Below, one piece after another: positions 27,490 through 42,149 of a DNA stretch of 64,000 bases; the stretch's first letter is position 1; each line of letters begins with the position of its first letter. The notes under the pieces were generated by a model. That model had not been told where the DNA came from. It was given only the letters and a program-made list of their open reading frames with translations, and made no database searches. The position numbers and the translations under genes are program-made. Source of the DNA: Octopus vulgaris (taxonomy: Eukaryota); NCBI GenBank assembly GCA_951406725.2, contig OX597840.1, positions 20,522,001 to 20,586,000 on the forward strand. Direction: 5' to 3'.

Positions 27490-27949
27490 CATACATTCAT
27501 ATATATATATGTGCTCGTGTCTCTGTGTGTATGCATTGCGCGCGTGTGTGTGCGGTGTGTGCGAGTATGTAAACAGATCTTAGTATATACAGCGGAGCGA
27601 ATGGCGACATTGATATAAAGAGCAGCCGTGGAGCAGATAGAGAAACATAAATCAACTGGCACACAAAGGGCGAACGACGAAGAGTCCGAGTATTTTTCTG
27701 TCTCCTCTCAGCAAACATAACTTTTCAATTGAGACCGTCTGCTACCAAGTTACCGCAGACGTACGTACTCGTTGCGCCCGTTCAGAGCAGACGATCGTAG
27801 ACATGCGCAAAAGAAAAATATGCGCCGCTTAAAAGCAGACATGTTACTCCGACGCCAGCCGCCTTTATATAATAGATAAATATTATAAAATGGAGGGGAA
27901 AAAATTGACACACATATCTACATATGCACGGAGAGGTTTAAGGATGTAT

Positions 27950-28175
27950 GTATGTCGTTATTCAGTTTTATTTCAAGATTTCTTGCCCATTGAGAAGGAG
28001 CCGGTTTCTAAGCTAGATCCAAGGCTCCTTCAATGGAATTTCAATATCAACAACAGGGCATTTTTGCATGTATGTATGTATGTATGTATGTATGTATGAA
28101 TGTATGTATGTATGTATGTATGTATGTATGTATGTATGTATGTATGTATGTGTATGTATATGTGCAGATTTGTAT

Positions 28176-28245
<70 letters not shown>

Positions 28246-28625
28246 GTATACATGTATGTATGTATGTAAAGGTTTTAACTGCCAATTCTGTACAAGACAT
28301 TGTAGATCTTTAGCTGGGCTAAAAAGTCACATTCGATCACAGCACCAGTAACAGTTAAGCTTCGTGCAATGGCCATACTCGATAACGAGGGGGCAGCCAT
28401 CATGTATGTATGTATGTATGCATATGTGCATATTTGTGTGTTTTGCTTTATGTATGTTTTCTCATGCATATACTTGCATGTCCAGACATGTTCATATATA
28501 TTGAACTGCTAAACTTCTGGAAAGTTTTACAGATTTTTACTGCGCCAGTGATGGCGTGGATTCGTAGTCTTCGAATTAGCTTTCTCCCTACTGGTTTTGA
28601 GAAGCCTAATTTCTCAGGATTGATT
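27950..28625 (-). mobile_element. 3' end of an RLE-type LINE with (ACAT)n, split by microsatellite and an RTE insertion
   Basis: 28480-28625 minus translates EKLGFSKPVGRKLIRRLRIHAITGAVKICKTFQKF, a plausible C-terminus. 27950-28068 minus ends GAAATAAAACTGAATAACGAC(ATAC)n. Confidence 0.55.
28268..28402 (+). mobile_element. RTE-clade LINE 3' end
   Basis: [26 protein letters not shown] is the terminal C2H2-like motif typical of RTE ORFs, followed by a short 3' UTR with a stem-loop and then (TATG)n. Confidence 0.8.
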
Positions 28626-29267
28626 ATGCATGTATGTATGTATGTATGTATGCATGTATGTATGTATGTATGTATGTATGTATGTATGTATGTATGTATG
28701 TATGTATGCATGTATGTATACACGCACATATATGAACAAGTCGGTGATATCAAAAGATATGCAAATTAATAGCTGCAGTGTTTTGAAGATACTGGATTTG
28801 TTTTGAATGTAAACAGACTGGCAACATTTTTATTATTTTTTTCCTGGGATTGGTTATGGAGACACTTCTGCCAAAAATCCAATGAAGTTAGAAAATCGAT
28901 TAAATTTTCATATTTTTTGCCAGTCGATCGGGGAAATAGATCGATTGGCAACGGTCGTAATGTCTACTACATAAATTTACATAGAAATAATGCTCATTCA
29001 CTCTCTTACATGTTTTCAGTTATTTGACTGTGACCATGCTGGAGCACCGCCGTATAAGGGTATTAGTCGAAGAAATCGAGCCCCAGGAATTATTCTTTCT
29101 GAGCCTAGAGCTTTTTCCATCGGTTTCTTTCGTCGAGCCGCTAAGTTGCGGGGACATAAACAAACCAATATCAGTTGTCAAGCGATGGTGGTGATGGAGT
29201 CGGGAACCGGCACATACACATCAATATATATATACATATATCTATATTATATGTATATATACATATA

Positions 29268-29321
<54 letters not shown>

Positions 29322-29547
29322 CAAAAATTTAACAAAAACACAATAAATGGAAGATTTTACAAAAACAAAACTAACAGAAAATTCGTAGCTTATCCCTCAT
29401 CAATCCCATCGAGAAGGTCATTACAGTTTCGCGCCTTTATAAGTATATTTATGGCGGGCTTCTTTCAGTTTCTGTCTACCAAATCCACTCACAAGATTTT
29501 GGTCGACCCGACATTATAGAAGACATTTGCCCAAGGTGTCACGCAAT

Positions 29548-29735
29548 CTTGTTCGTCCTCTCTGTGTATAGTTCCTTGAGGGTAGTAAAAAAAATAGGTA
29601 TTTCGTCTGCCGCTACGTTATGAGTTCAAATTCCGCCGAGGTCGACTTTGCCTTTCGTCTTTCGTACTGCGGACAATGTGATCGACTATCCCCCTTCCCT
29701 CAAATTCCGGGCCTTGTACCCATTATAGAAAGGCT
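29548..29735 (+). mobile_element. SINE family B fragments
   Basis: Tail followed by GAGTTCAAATTCCGCCGAGGTCGACTTTGCCTTTC. Confidence 0.75.
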
Positions 29736-29744
29736 TATTAATAT

Positions 29745-30160
29745 TGATATTATCATCATCATCATCATCATTATTATTATTATTGATATTATTATTATTA
29801 GTATTATTATCATTATCATTATTATCATTATCCTTATTATTATCATTATTATTATTATTATTATTATTGATATTATCATCATCATCATTATTATTACTAT
29901 TATTATTATTATATTATTATTATTATTATTGATATTATCATCATCATTATTATTATTATATTACTATTGTTATTATTATTATTATTATTATTATCATCAT
30001 TATTATTATTGATATTATCATCATCATCATCATCATCATTATTATTATTATTATATTACTATTATTATTATTATTAATATTATTATTATTATCATTATTA
30101 TATTACTATCATTATTATTATCATTTATTATTATTATTATTATTATTATTTTTGTTATTA
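29745..30160. repeat. (ATT/ATC)n microsatellite
   Basis: Read directly. Confidence 0.95.
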
Positions 30161-30930
30161 TTGTTGTTGTTGTTGTTCTCATTGCTATTTACTGTTCCTA
30201 TTTGCAGTTGCCTTTGGAACGCTGTGTGTAGGAGTTGTTAAACAGAGTCAGTTAAATTGTCTGTTTAACCCGAGATAACCTCCCCGTGTACTGTTATGCA
30301 CCCGCCCACCCGTTTGCTCTCCCTCCCTCTCCCTCTCTCCCTCACACACACACATACACACGCAGACAGCCACACACACACACACACACACACTTACATG
30401 CGTGTAATAGATATTATGTGAGCGTAGCCCCCATATACCGGGTACGGGTAGGGATGGACGGGTATGAATGTTCACATATCAGACGTAAATATAAACCAGC
30501 CAGAAGAACGGTTACTTAGACACGCACACACATACATATATACACACACATACCAATATTTAAGAATATCTGTATTATATGTATGTATATATATGTATAT
30601 ATATATGCATATGTATATATATATGTATGTATGTATATATGTGTGTATATATATATATGTGTGTGTATATATATATATATATCCATATAATATACACATA
30701 TTCTTACACATTGGCGTGTATGTACGTATATATACAAACATACATATAAATATATATATGCATGTGTGCATATATATATATACATACATATATATATATA
30801 TACATATAAATAAATCTATGTATGTGTATATATATATATATATACATATAAATGTGTATATATATATATATATATACATGTATGTATGTATGTATCTATC
30901 TATCTACATATATACAGATATGTTGTGTGC

Positions 30931-30975
<45 letters not shown>

Positions 30976-31310
30976 CAAGCGTGTCTGCCGGATTCGGTTC
31001 CGGTATGAGTTGTGGTTTCAGCTATTTGTAAACACACACAAAACAACAACAAAAACAACAGCAATAACAACAACAACAATACAGCGCAGTGTGAAGGGGG
31101 AGGGGGAAGTGGTGACGATGGTGATGGGTAGAAGAAGAAGAAGAAGAAGAAGAAGAAGAAGAAAAGAAGACTAAACAAAAACCAAGCATTGTCAATGCTC
31201 ACCCCTCTTTTATTCTTTCTTCCCTATATGACCCTCACCACCAACACCAACACCACTACCACTACTACCACCACCACCGCCGTCGTCGTCGTCTTCATAA
31301 TCATCACCAC

Positions 31311-31342
<32 letters not shown>

Positions 31343-31369
31343 CCACCACCACCATCATCATCACCACCA

Positions 31370-31408
<39 letters not shown>

Positions 31409-31449
31409 TCACCACCACCACCACCACCACCATCACCACCACCACCACT

Positions 31450-31480
<31 letters not shown>

Positions 31481-32162
31481 TCATCATTCACCACCACCAC
31501 CACCACCACCATCATCATCATCCTCCTCCTCATCATCATCATCATCATCATCACCACCACCACCACCACCACCATCATCATCATCATCCTCCTCCTCCTC
31601 ATCATCATCATCATCATCATCACCACCACCACCACCACCACCATCATCATCATCACCACCACCACCACTACCACCACCACCATCATCATCATCATAACCC
31701 TTGTGGTTAATAAAGAAATTATTATTATTGTTGTTATGGTTTTAATTATTAATATTATTATTATTATTGCGACTAGAAATAATAGCCGGAACTGTAGGAG
31801 TTCGTTATGCAAATATATTAAAGAAAGGCCAGAAGAGGGCGCTAGTGTGTCGTGGGGTTATGGCGACATATAAAGGGAAAGAAAAGAAACAAAAAAAAGG
31901 GATTGTGGGGGGGGAGGTGGTGGTGGACGTTGTGATGGTTTAGGGCAAAGCACTGCAGCCTGTTTGAATGAACGAATATCGGGGGGCGGGGGTGAGAGGA
32001 TGAGGGTCGGGAGGAGAAGGAGGAGGAGGTTGGGGAGCGATGGCGAAAGAATTGGCGGAGGCGGGCACGGAGGGAGAGGATAGAGGACGGGTGGGAGGAG
32101 ACAAAGACATAAAGAAGCACATAATACGCGTGTATGTATCTCTCTCTCTCATTCTCTATCTA

Positions 32163-32328
<166 letters not shown>

Positions 32329-32447
32329 AGCAGCCGAAATTACTACGATGATCCGGTTCTTGACTGAAGACTGAGGGTTTCGAATGTCTCTGTTTATTGT
32401 ATCGTCTTCTAGGAGTTATACGTTCTTGTCCATGTTGTATTTTTCTA

Positions 32448-32636
<189 letters not shown>

Positions 32637-32785
32637 GTGGTAAGAAGCTTGCTTCCCAATTATACGGTTCCGAGTTCCGCCCCACTGCGTGGCACCTTGG
32701 GCAAGTATCTTTTACTATTGCCTCGAGTCGACCAAAATCTTGTGAGTGGATTTGGTAGACGGGAATTGGATGAAGACCATTGTGT
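32637..32785 (+). mobile_element. SINE family A head half
   Basis: GTGGTAAGAAGCTTGCTT...CACCTTGGGCAAGT. Confidence 0.8.
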
Positions 32786-32871
32786 ATGTTTTATTTTTTG
32801 CTTTCTTTAACACATGCATATACACACACACACACGCACACACACATATATATATATATATACATACATAT

Positions 32872-32946
<75 letters not shown>

Positions 32947-32949
<3 letters not shown>

Positions 32950-33145
32950 ATCCAAACAAGAAAGCACAAAAAAACACAACAACGCGAGGACGTGGAACAA
33001 ATATAGTATTATTGGACGTTCAGGAAAGAAGGAGAGTTTAACGTTTCGAGCGGAGCTCTTCGTCGGAAACATAGGAGAAGGAAAGATCCAGAGAAGGGAA
33101 GACAGAGGGAAAAAATTGCCAACGGTACACACGAGGTCACATGCG
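32947..33145 (-). mobile_element. Short (TA)n-embedded Penelope-like terminal element with variant HHR (33036-33070)
   Basis: Minus strand GUUU CCGACGA A GAGC-UCC-GCUC GAAA CG UU AAAC. Sister copies at 16830-17022(+) and 42146-42328(-); a related family at 44490-44660(+) and 61845-62015(-). Confidence 0.65.
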
Positions 33146-33660
33146 CGCATGTATATATATATATAAAGATAGATAGATAAATGTTTATATACACGTGTGT
33201 CTTTGTATTTGTCACCCACGACTACTTCACAACTAGTGTTGGCTTGCTTGTGTCCCTATAACTTGGAGATTCGACAAAATAAATAAAAACCAAAAGGAGT
33301 CCAACAGAATAAGTACCAGGTTTTAAAAGAAAATGCCGGGAGCCATATGTTTCGATGAAACCCTTCAAAAGGGGTCCCACCACACCTTTGATCCAATGAG
33401 TGTAACAAGTAAAAGATAACATTTTCAAGATAATCATAATGTTGACCATCGAAAGCGTATTTCAGCAGAATTCCATTATTAGGAAAAAAAAATTGCATTT
33501 TTCGGTTAAGCTATGAAGAGGTGAGGTCCCAAATTATACCCTGGAAAGTCAAGGTAAATCCTAGATTAACAGGTCAGACCATTTGGCGTTGGATTTTAGA
33601 CACTTGATCTGGTCTCAGCACCAATCTACCTGTTTCTGCTACACCCCTGTAGATGTACTC

Positions 33661-33758
<98 letters not shown>

Positions 33759-33769
33759 ATAGTTTCGCA

Positions 33770-33922
<153 letters not shown>

Positions 33923-34009
33923 ATTACGGAGATGTACTTGCATAGTAAGTGATTTGATCTGAGATGGTGTGCTGAAACAAAAACAATTGCAGCGTGGAAG
34001 ATGTTTTAA

Positions 34010-34206
34010 AAGCCATTTAAGAACACACAAAAACCGTTCGATTCACTTCAACATTTAAGTTTAATTTGTCAAAATATTTTCGTCGCTTTAAGACCGCGAC
34101 CTCTTCACTGACAAAAAGCCGGTCTTAAAGCGACGAAAATATTTTGACAAATTAAACTTAAATGTTGAAGTGAATCGAACGGCTTTTGTGTGTTTCTTAA
34201 ATGGCT
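34010..34206. repeat. Inverted repeat (~87-bp arms) with variant HHR at 34067-34113 (-)
   Basis: Arms 34010-34096 and 34120-34206. Minus strand UGUCA GUGAAGA G GUCGC..GCGAC GAAA AUAU UU UGACA. Confidence 0.85.
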
Positions 34207-34213
34207 ACAAACA

Positions 34214-34281
<68 letters not shown>

Positions 34282-34323
34282 TAAATAAATGGAGTTTAAC
34301 GCGGGTATAAATCAAATATTTTT

Positions 34324-34409
34324 ACTTTCGACACATGTTTCGAAAATTGCACTGATACTATTCAAAAGAATAAAGGGTATAAACAATGCAATCTTCTCTT
34401 CAGGAAAGT
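34324..34409 (-). ncRNA. Type I hammerhead ribozyme motif (canonical core, GUC) in a Penelope 3' region
   Basis: ACUUUC [CUGAAGA] GAAGAUUGCA..35 nt..UGCAAUUUUC [GAAA] CAUGUG [UC] GAAAGU. Helix I is 6 bp, helix II is 10 bp and helix III contains the palindrome ACAUGU. Confidence 0.88.
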
Positions 34410-34594
34410 GAAAAACATTTTTTTAGCAAAAAATGATGGATTTGTATAGCGATTAACTGAACGCTATTAATATTGTTTAAAAAAAACGTTATATGATATA
34501 ACGTCATAAGTAGCTAACAGAAAGAGTAGGGATATTAATAGTGAATGTTAAATATAAAGGAAATTAAAGTTTAAATTATATATAATGATAGAGA

Positions 34595-34954
34595 CTACTT
34601 ATATGCACTAAATGTATGTTTTTGCCAATGCTTACATCTATATGCTCGCTCTATAACCGTATTTACTAGGGGAGTTTTAGAAAAAATAATGAAAAATAGT
34701 TTAGAATTACAGAGAAGACAGAATTCTTTGCCTTTGTCATAAGGTATCGAGATTGGGAGAATCAACCATTCTAAATGAAATTGTTCATTGTGGTCTTTTA
34801 GATCCCAAATTAGTTTGCTGAGACCGGTACTATTACGTTTATTTCTATCCCTAAAAGTTGAGTAATGGATAGAAATTCTTTTAGATAACTCTAACGATGT
34901 GCTTCCAACGTAAAATCGTACTTTATTACGAGTACTGGTTATACACTGGTATAT
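34595..34954 (-). mobile_element. Penelope-like element GIY-YIG endonuclease domain (5'-truncated, open to the stop)
   Basis: 120 codons with no internal stop: IYQCITSTRNKVRFYVGSTSLELSKRISIHYSTFRDRNKRNSTGLSKLIWDLKDHNEQFHLEWLILPISIPYDKGKEFCLLCNSKLFFIIFSKTPLVNTVIERAYRCKHWQKHTFSAYK*. Contains IY..YVG, R-x-x-x-H, C-x-LC and N..E..CxH motifs. Confidence 0.88.
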
Positions 34955-35313
34955 AGAATAAAGTACGAAAGGGCGTATTTGAAAGACACCGTCGGGTTTT
35001 CAGACAAAGAAAACAAAACAACCAATGAATGGTTTGATGAGATGAATCGGTTTAATTAAGGGTCTGGATAATAAATTAATTGCATTACGAAAATAAAGGT
35101 ATGAAACGGGAAGACTAATGAACGAACGAATACACACACACACACACTCACACATGTATACATACTGGGGCAAATATACATCCGCTTGCCCACACACACG
35201 CACACACTCATATACATAATATATATATATGTGTGTGTGTATATATATATATATGTGTGTGTGTGTGTATATATGTGTGTGTGTGTATATATATGTGTGT
35301 GTGTGTGTATATA

Positions 35314-35368
<55 letters not shown>

Positions 35369-35383
35369 GTATATGTATATGTA

Positions 35384-35414
<31 letters not shown>

Positions 35415-35598
35415 CAGTTTCTCTATATATCTATCTATATGTATACACACACACACACACATATTCGTACACACACACAGACAGATATATAAATATAACC
35501 GAATGTTTATCAGGAAGAAATAGGAAGAGCAACGTAGGAAGACGGGTTGGTCTACGTATGTATATATGTGTATATATGCGTGTGTGTGTGTATATGAG

Positions 35599-35636
<38 letters not shown>

Positions 35637-35968
35637 AGTATGTGTGTGTGCGCATGTCTAATTGTGGGCAGGAATTTATGCTTAGTTAGCAAAAGAATAA
35701 TTCACTCTGTGGCGTTTCCTTTGTACAATCCAGAAAACAGATGGCGCTAGTGGTACATCCGGACGCGCCACCTCACAGCTTGTTTGCGGCCAGACTGGGA
35801 GAGCAGATCCGAACCTCAATCATATGCGAAGCATCGGTGCACATTTGGTGCACCGGTGCATGCAAATTATGCACCATTGACCCATTATACACGCGTCCTC
35901 GCTTCAATTAAGTGAGTAGGATTATTAAAATTGCATGCCTCTGCTTGAAACACCGAATGCCGCCGCAT

Positions 35969-36017
<49 letters not shown>

Positions 36018-36043
36018 CACACAAATATATCTATCTATCTATG

Positions 36044-36089
<46 letters not shown>

Positions 36090-36426
36090 CACATATTCTT
36101 ATATATATATATATGTGTGTGTGTATACATACATATACATACATACATATACATACACAAACATACACACATGCATCACATATATGCATACATATATATA
36201 ATATACACACATATTCTTATATATATATGCATATACATACACACACACATGCATCACATATATGCACATACATATGCAAACTATATATATATATATATAT
36301 ATTAGATAGATTGGTAGAAGATAGATAGATAGATGCATATACATATATGAACGTATATATATATATATATACTTACATACTCATATATATATAATGATAG
36401 ATACATGTACATACACATGTACAGTT

Positions 36427-36460
<34 letters not shown>

Positions 36461-36873
36461 GAATTCATCGCATCACATTATACACATCTACACACACACA
36501 TATGTACGCGCAAATATAAATAGCGAAGGAGATAGGGGAGAGAGAGAGAGGGGAGAAGAGAGGGTGAGAAGAGGGGAGGGTGAGCGAAAGTGAGATAGAG
36601 ACAGGAAGCGAGAGAGGGAGAGAGAGTGGGAGAGAGAAAAAGAGGGAGAGAGAGAGCCACTGACAGACAGAATAAAAATTGTTATGTCTGTGTGTGAATA
36701 TTTTGTGTTTGTATGTGTTGCATGTTTGGGATTTCGTGCCTGAATGCTCGACACACTAATGATTATACACTTGTAGCTACGTGCAATTAACAGATCGAAT
36801 TTTAATAACAAATCTTCATACTCATAAGCGACACAGTTGCAAATAGGGGGCATATATGGTATACTAATATATA

Positions 36874-36919
<46 letters not shown>

Positions 36920-36925
36920 AAAAAA

Positions 36926-37130
36926 TACAAACTGGGACAAGAACGCAAAACATTTAGAAGACGATACAAAATACACAGTCAAGAACCGGATCATCCTCGC
37001 AATTTCGGCTGATTAATCTTGAGATTGCTCCGATCTGGCCAGCCCCAAAGGGAAATCTAACCAAGCGCATTAGATTCCTTGGAAGAAAGCCTCGAATGTA
37101 TACAAAACAAGTTCGGGAAAACGGACGGCA
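36926..37130 (-). mobile_element. (TA)n-embedded short repeat family (also 16410-16545, 19005-19212, 32328-32452)
   Basis: CAGCCGAAATTGCGAGGATGATCCGGTTCTTGACTG (with small variants) is shared by four loci, all bounded by (TA)n. Confidence 0.7.
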
Positions 37131-37168
37131 TATATATATATGCATATATGCATATATATATATATATA

Positions 37169-37241
<73 letters not shown>

Positions 37242-37393
37242 ACACACACACATAAACATGTAAATAGACGCCTTTAATTTTCAAAATTACTGATCTAAGC
37301 ATCTTGATATGTTTTCAGCGGTGTAGAATTTACAATGTAATTATTCTTTTTCATTCCAGGTGCCATTATATTAAACATTAGCGAAGAGTAACC

Positions 37394-37666
37394 ATGCCAT
37401 GCACCAAAAATTCAGCAGAACTGTCAGATTTTCAAAGAGGTCGTATTGTTGGGCAATCTGAGGCTGGTCTTAGCCAGCGAAAAATTGCCGAAAATCTTCA
37501 AATTTCTCTTGCTATTGTTAATAGAATTATAGGGCAATTCAAAAGCCAAGGAATAGAATCAATAGATTATTGTCCTGGCCGATCTGGGCCCTCGGAAAAG
37601 AAGCTTTGCTGTTTGAAGGGAATTGTGGAAAACGAACCCCGTTCGAAGGCTTCTGACATTGCTTGA
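37394..37666 (+). pseudogene. Tc1-like transposase N-terminal HTH fragment
   Basis: ELSDFQRGRIVG...GLSQRKIAENLQISLAIVNRII...PGR is the paired-like DNA-binding domain of Tc1 transposases; truncated before the DDE domain. Confidence 0.82.
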
Positions 37667-37938
37667 ACAGAACCAAACGGTCAACGCGGAACTTTATGTT
37701 CAAGTGATGGAACAACTCAACACGGCTCTTCAAGAGAAAAGAGATAGAATAAGTACTAGGCTTACGAAAAAGAAGCCCTCTGATTGATTTGTTTGACTAA
37801 AACCCTTCAAAGCGGTGCTCCAGCATGGCCGCAGTCGAATGACTGAAACAATTAGAAGAATAAATGAATCAAAGAATACATAAGCTCGCTCTCCCTCCCT
37901 TTCCCTCTCTTTCTCACCCATCCTCTCTCTTTCTCACT

Positions 37939-37972
<34 letters not shown>

Positions 37973-38701
37973 ACCTCCTTCTTTCTATCTTTCTTGATGC
38001 CATTCACGAGATTACTCCCTGACCACGTACTGCGTATTATCCACACACAGCACAAATCCTGTATTTTGACTTTGAATAACAACTGTAGAATAACTCCCAA
38101 ATGCTCCAAAAACATACGATGGGATGGCCACGCTTAGAATTCGGACATTTTCTCTCTGGCTGCTGCTTTTCAATTTCTTCAATTTTGTTCCAATTGATTT
38201 CATATTTGGTGTATTTATGGAGTTTTGTAAGGTAATTATTGACATGAAATTCATTTTCGCCATAAGTCAATAAAGTAACGAGTGAAAGCTTTTATAGTTT
38301 GTAAATTTTGAATAATTTTAGCCAATCGAAAGTCACAGACATACAGTTGCCTGTTTCCATAGCAACTAGCCAAGATGTTTACTAAACTGCTTACTTCTCT
38401 GTTGCTGTCCTGTCAAGCCACGTATTCATTTTCGCTCATCAATGCTTAAAACACGAGATATCAGGTGGTCGTGAGGTTTCCTAATAATAATAGCTAAATA
38501 GGCTTTAAATCACGCACCAAAACATTTTGGTTTTTGCTTTTGCAGAATCGTATGAATTCCCTTGTGTAGAATACAAATTCGCAAAAGTTTTCTGAAAATT
38601 CCAACAAATAAATTTATGAGGGATGTATGGCGTGCGTAAAGCAGAATTCCTCCAAAATTTCCTTTGGTTTACAGCCTTCTGATATTAAAGCACGTGCTAT
38701 G

Positions 38702-39348
38702 GTCGTAATGCAGTCACGAACAAAATTACAGCTTCCAAATCCTATTTTCTGACTGGATAAAAATTATCAAACTTTATATTAAGCCTCTATAACTTTTTTT
38801 TAAACACATTCTTCTGAAACAAGTGAATTATCTCCTAAGATTCAGCGTGGAAAAGTACATCAATACACCAAATTTGAAATTTTTTACTTAATTGGTTTCA
38901 AAAAGTGCAGTCAAATTGTAAGAAAGGATCCAGAATTCTTTTGGTCACTTGCTATCGGCTCAGTCTTTTTTTAGGACCTATCGTCGTAATGCAGTCACGA
39001 ACAAAATTACAGCTTCCAAATCCTATTTTCTGACTGGATAAAGATTATGAAACTTTATATATTAAGCCTCTGTAACTTTTTTTAAACACATTCTTCTAAA
39101 ACAAGTGAATTATCTCCTAAGATTCAGCGTGGAAAAGTACATCAATACCTCAAATTTGCCTAAGATTCAGCGTGGAAAAGTACATCAATACACCAAATTT
39201 GCCTAAGATTCAGCGTGGAAAAGTACATCAATACACCAAATTTGAATATTTTCACTTGATTAATTTCAAAAAATGCAGTCAAACTGTAGAAAGGATCCAG
39301 AATTCCTTTGGTCACTTGCTGTCGGCTCGGTCTTGTTTTTAGGACCTT
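38702..39348. repeat. 281-bp tandem duplication; second copy has an internal 43-bp triplication
   Basis: GTCGTAATGCAGTCACGAAC at 38702 and 38983; CCTAAGATTCAGCGTGG at 39116, 39159 and 39202. Confidence 0.9.
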
Positions 39349-39508
39349 GGGCTAAACAGCAAGACCAACAACATCAACCGTCTTCATTCATTCACGTTTT
39401 TTCTTCGACCCTACCCCCCACTTCGCCGCCACTCTACCTTTGCAACCTCCTCACTCCCTTCGAGTACCTTCTTGTCTTACATCACCACCACACCACCAAC
39501 ACCACCAC

Positions 39509-39578
<70 letters not shown>

Positions 39579-39675
39579 CACCACCACCACAGTAACCTCA
39601 CTGACCCCCTTTTTCGTTCAGCACGTATTCATTCATTCATTCAGTCACCTCTCCTACCCCCTACTTATCTTACAC

Positions 39676-39706
<31 letters not shown>

Positions 39707-40403
39707 TCTCTCTCTCCCTTTCACACGCATCACCACCACCACCACCACCACCAATATACTCTTTCAAATTCCACTACCACCACCACCACCAGTTTTGTCG
39801 CAGTCACCCCCTTAACCTCCCCCTCCATTTCTATTCTCCTGCCTCATCCCCCCTCCCCCTCCCCCGCTCTTTTGTCTCCGTCACATTCATCAACACCATC
39901 GCTAACACCACCACCACCACCACCACCACTACCTGCACCAACATTGCACCACTAATAGCACCACCACCACTACCACCACCACAACCACAACAAAACGCCA
40001 CCTTATAAAGAGGACCTTCCCCAACACAGTTCCACCATCACCTTCACCACCACCACCATCACCACCACTGCTATCACCACCACCACCACCACCACCACCA
40101 CTACTTCTACTACTACCACTACTTCTACTACTACCACCACTACCACCACTACCACCACCACCACCACCACCACCACCACCACCACCACCACCAATAACTA
40201 CAACCACCACCACTACCAATAACAACAACCACAACAACAAAAATGCCACCTTATATAAAAAGAGGACCTTCCCCCCCCCCAACACAGTTCCACCACCACC
40301 ACCAACCCCCTTTTTTTCTATCTCCGTCACATCCTCCGACACCCCACTTACCTACCTCTCCCCCCCCACCGTTACCACTAACAAACACCACGCCACCTAT
40401 AAG

Positions 40404-40438
<35 letters not shown>

Positions 40439-40831
40439 GTCGTCTCTGTCGTCACAGTGGCGAGTCTGTGTGGCGGCGACACAGCAAAACCGAGCCACCG
40501 AGTGGCGCCGGCATGCAGACTGTGTGTGTGTTGGTGGTAGTGGTAAGTGGTAGTGGTGGAATGAGAGGGAGTGTGGGTGGGGGAGGTAGTAGTAGTAGCA
40601 GTAATAGTAGTAGTGGTTGTTGTTGTTGTTGTAATAGTAGTAGTTGTAGTAGTGGTGGTGGTGGTGGTGGTGGTGGTGGTGGTAATAATGCAAGTGATAG
40701 TTGTAGTAGGGGTTGCAGTCTCTGTGGTGGTCTTAATGTTAATAATTAATTAAAAGTTGTAGTAGTAAAGGTTATAGTACCTGGTGGCGTGGTGGCGCTA
40801 AAACAGTACAAGCAGTAGTGGAATAGCGCTT

Positions 40832-41042
<211 letters not shown>

Positions 41043-42084
41043 GGGGAGGAGGGGTGAGAAGGGGGTAGCAGCAGTGGTTGTAGTTGGTCTTCTTTACTGT
41101 TGCATATTGCCCTGAGCCAATCGGCCAACTCACCACTGACAATCCCTATACACTGAAAGGGCGTGCCAGCCGTGACCATACCGTCGGGTATATTCTCAGG
41201 TAACTTATAGTAGTCATAACAATAGTAACAGCAGCAGCAGTAGCAGCAGTAGTAGTAGTGGTGGTTCTTGCTATTGTTTATCTGCGCTAATCAACAAATC
41301 CAACGATGAAATGCTGTTCCGGCCGTGACCGTTCCATCGGTTTTCCTTCGGTATTTGCGACCACAATCCACATCCAATTGCTGAACGCCGTTCCTAATTT
41401 GAAGGTACCTTTGGCTGCTATTTCTAGCATGCTGCTCGACCCTGTATAGACAGACCCTCTTTTTTCCTCCATGTGGTCAACACATCAAGGATTGTTTTAA
41501 TCCATCATATATCGTTACCCGCTCCTTGAACAAACGGACTTATGTTTGAAGACTTTCCAAATATGGCAATCCTGCCTTTTTACTCTTTTACTTGTTTCCG
41601 CTATTTGACTGCGGCCATGCTGGAGCACAGCCCTGAAGGATTTTAATCCAACAAATCAATCTCAGGACTCATTTTTGAAGCCTAGCACTTATCCTATCGG
41701 TCTCTTTTGCCGAACCGTTAAGTTACGGGGACGTAAACACACCAACACTAGTTGTCAAGCGGGGATGGGGGGGGGACAAACACAGACACAAAAGCACACA
41801 CACACACACTCACATATATTTACATGTTTTGCATATGTGAATTACAGGGTCTGTCATGCCCGGAGTCCAACTTTGATAGAAACAAGCATTCTTGACTGCT
41901 ATTTCTATTTTTTCGGTATGCGGTCAAGCAACCTGTTTTGCCTGTCCCTTTTTCTTATATACAATATATATACTGAACTTTACAGAAGTTCCTGCCGGTA
42001 ATCGGCTATATTTACATACCGAATTCTACCAGTAAATAATTGGGGTTTTTTTAAAAGCCTTTATAGATATTATTTACTCTTATC

Positions 42085-42149
<65 letters not shown>

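Noticed and set aside
38012-38270. Two overlapping non-repetitive minus-strand ORFs with Cys pairs
   Set aside because: Short, with no recognisable domain or splice context; possibly TE debris.
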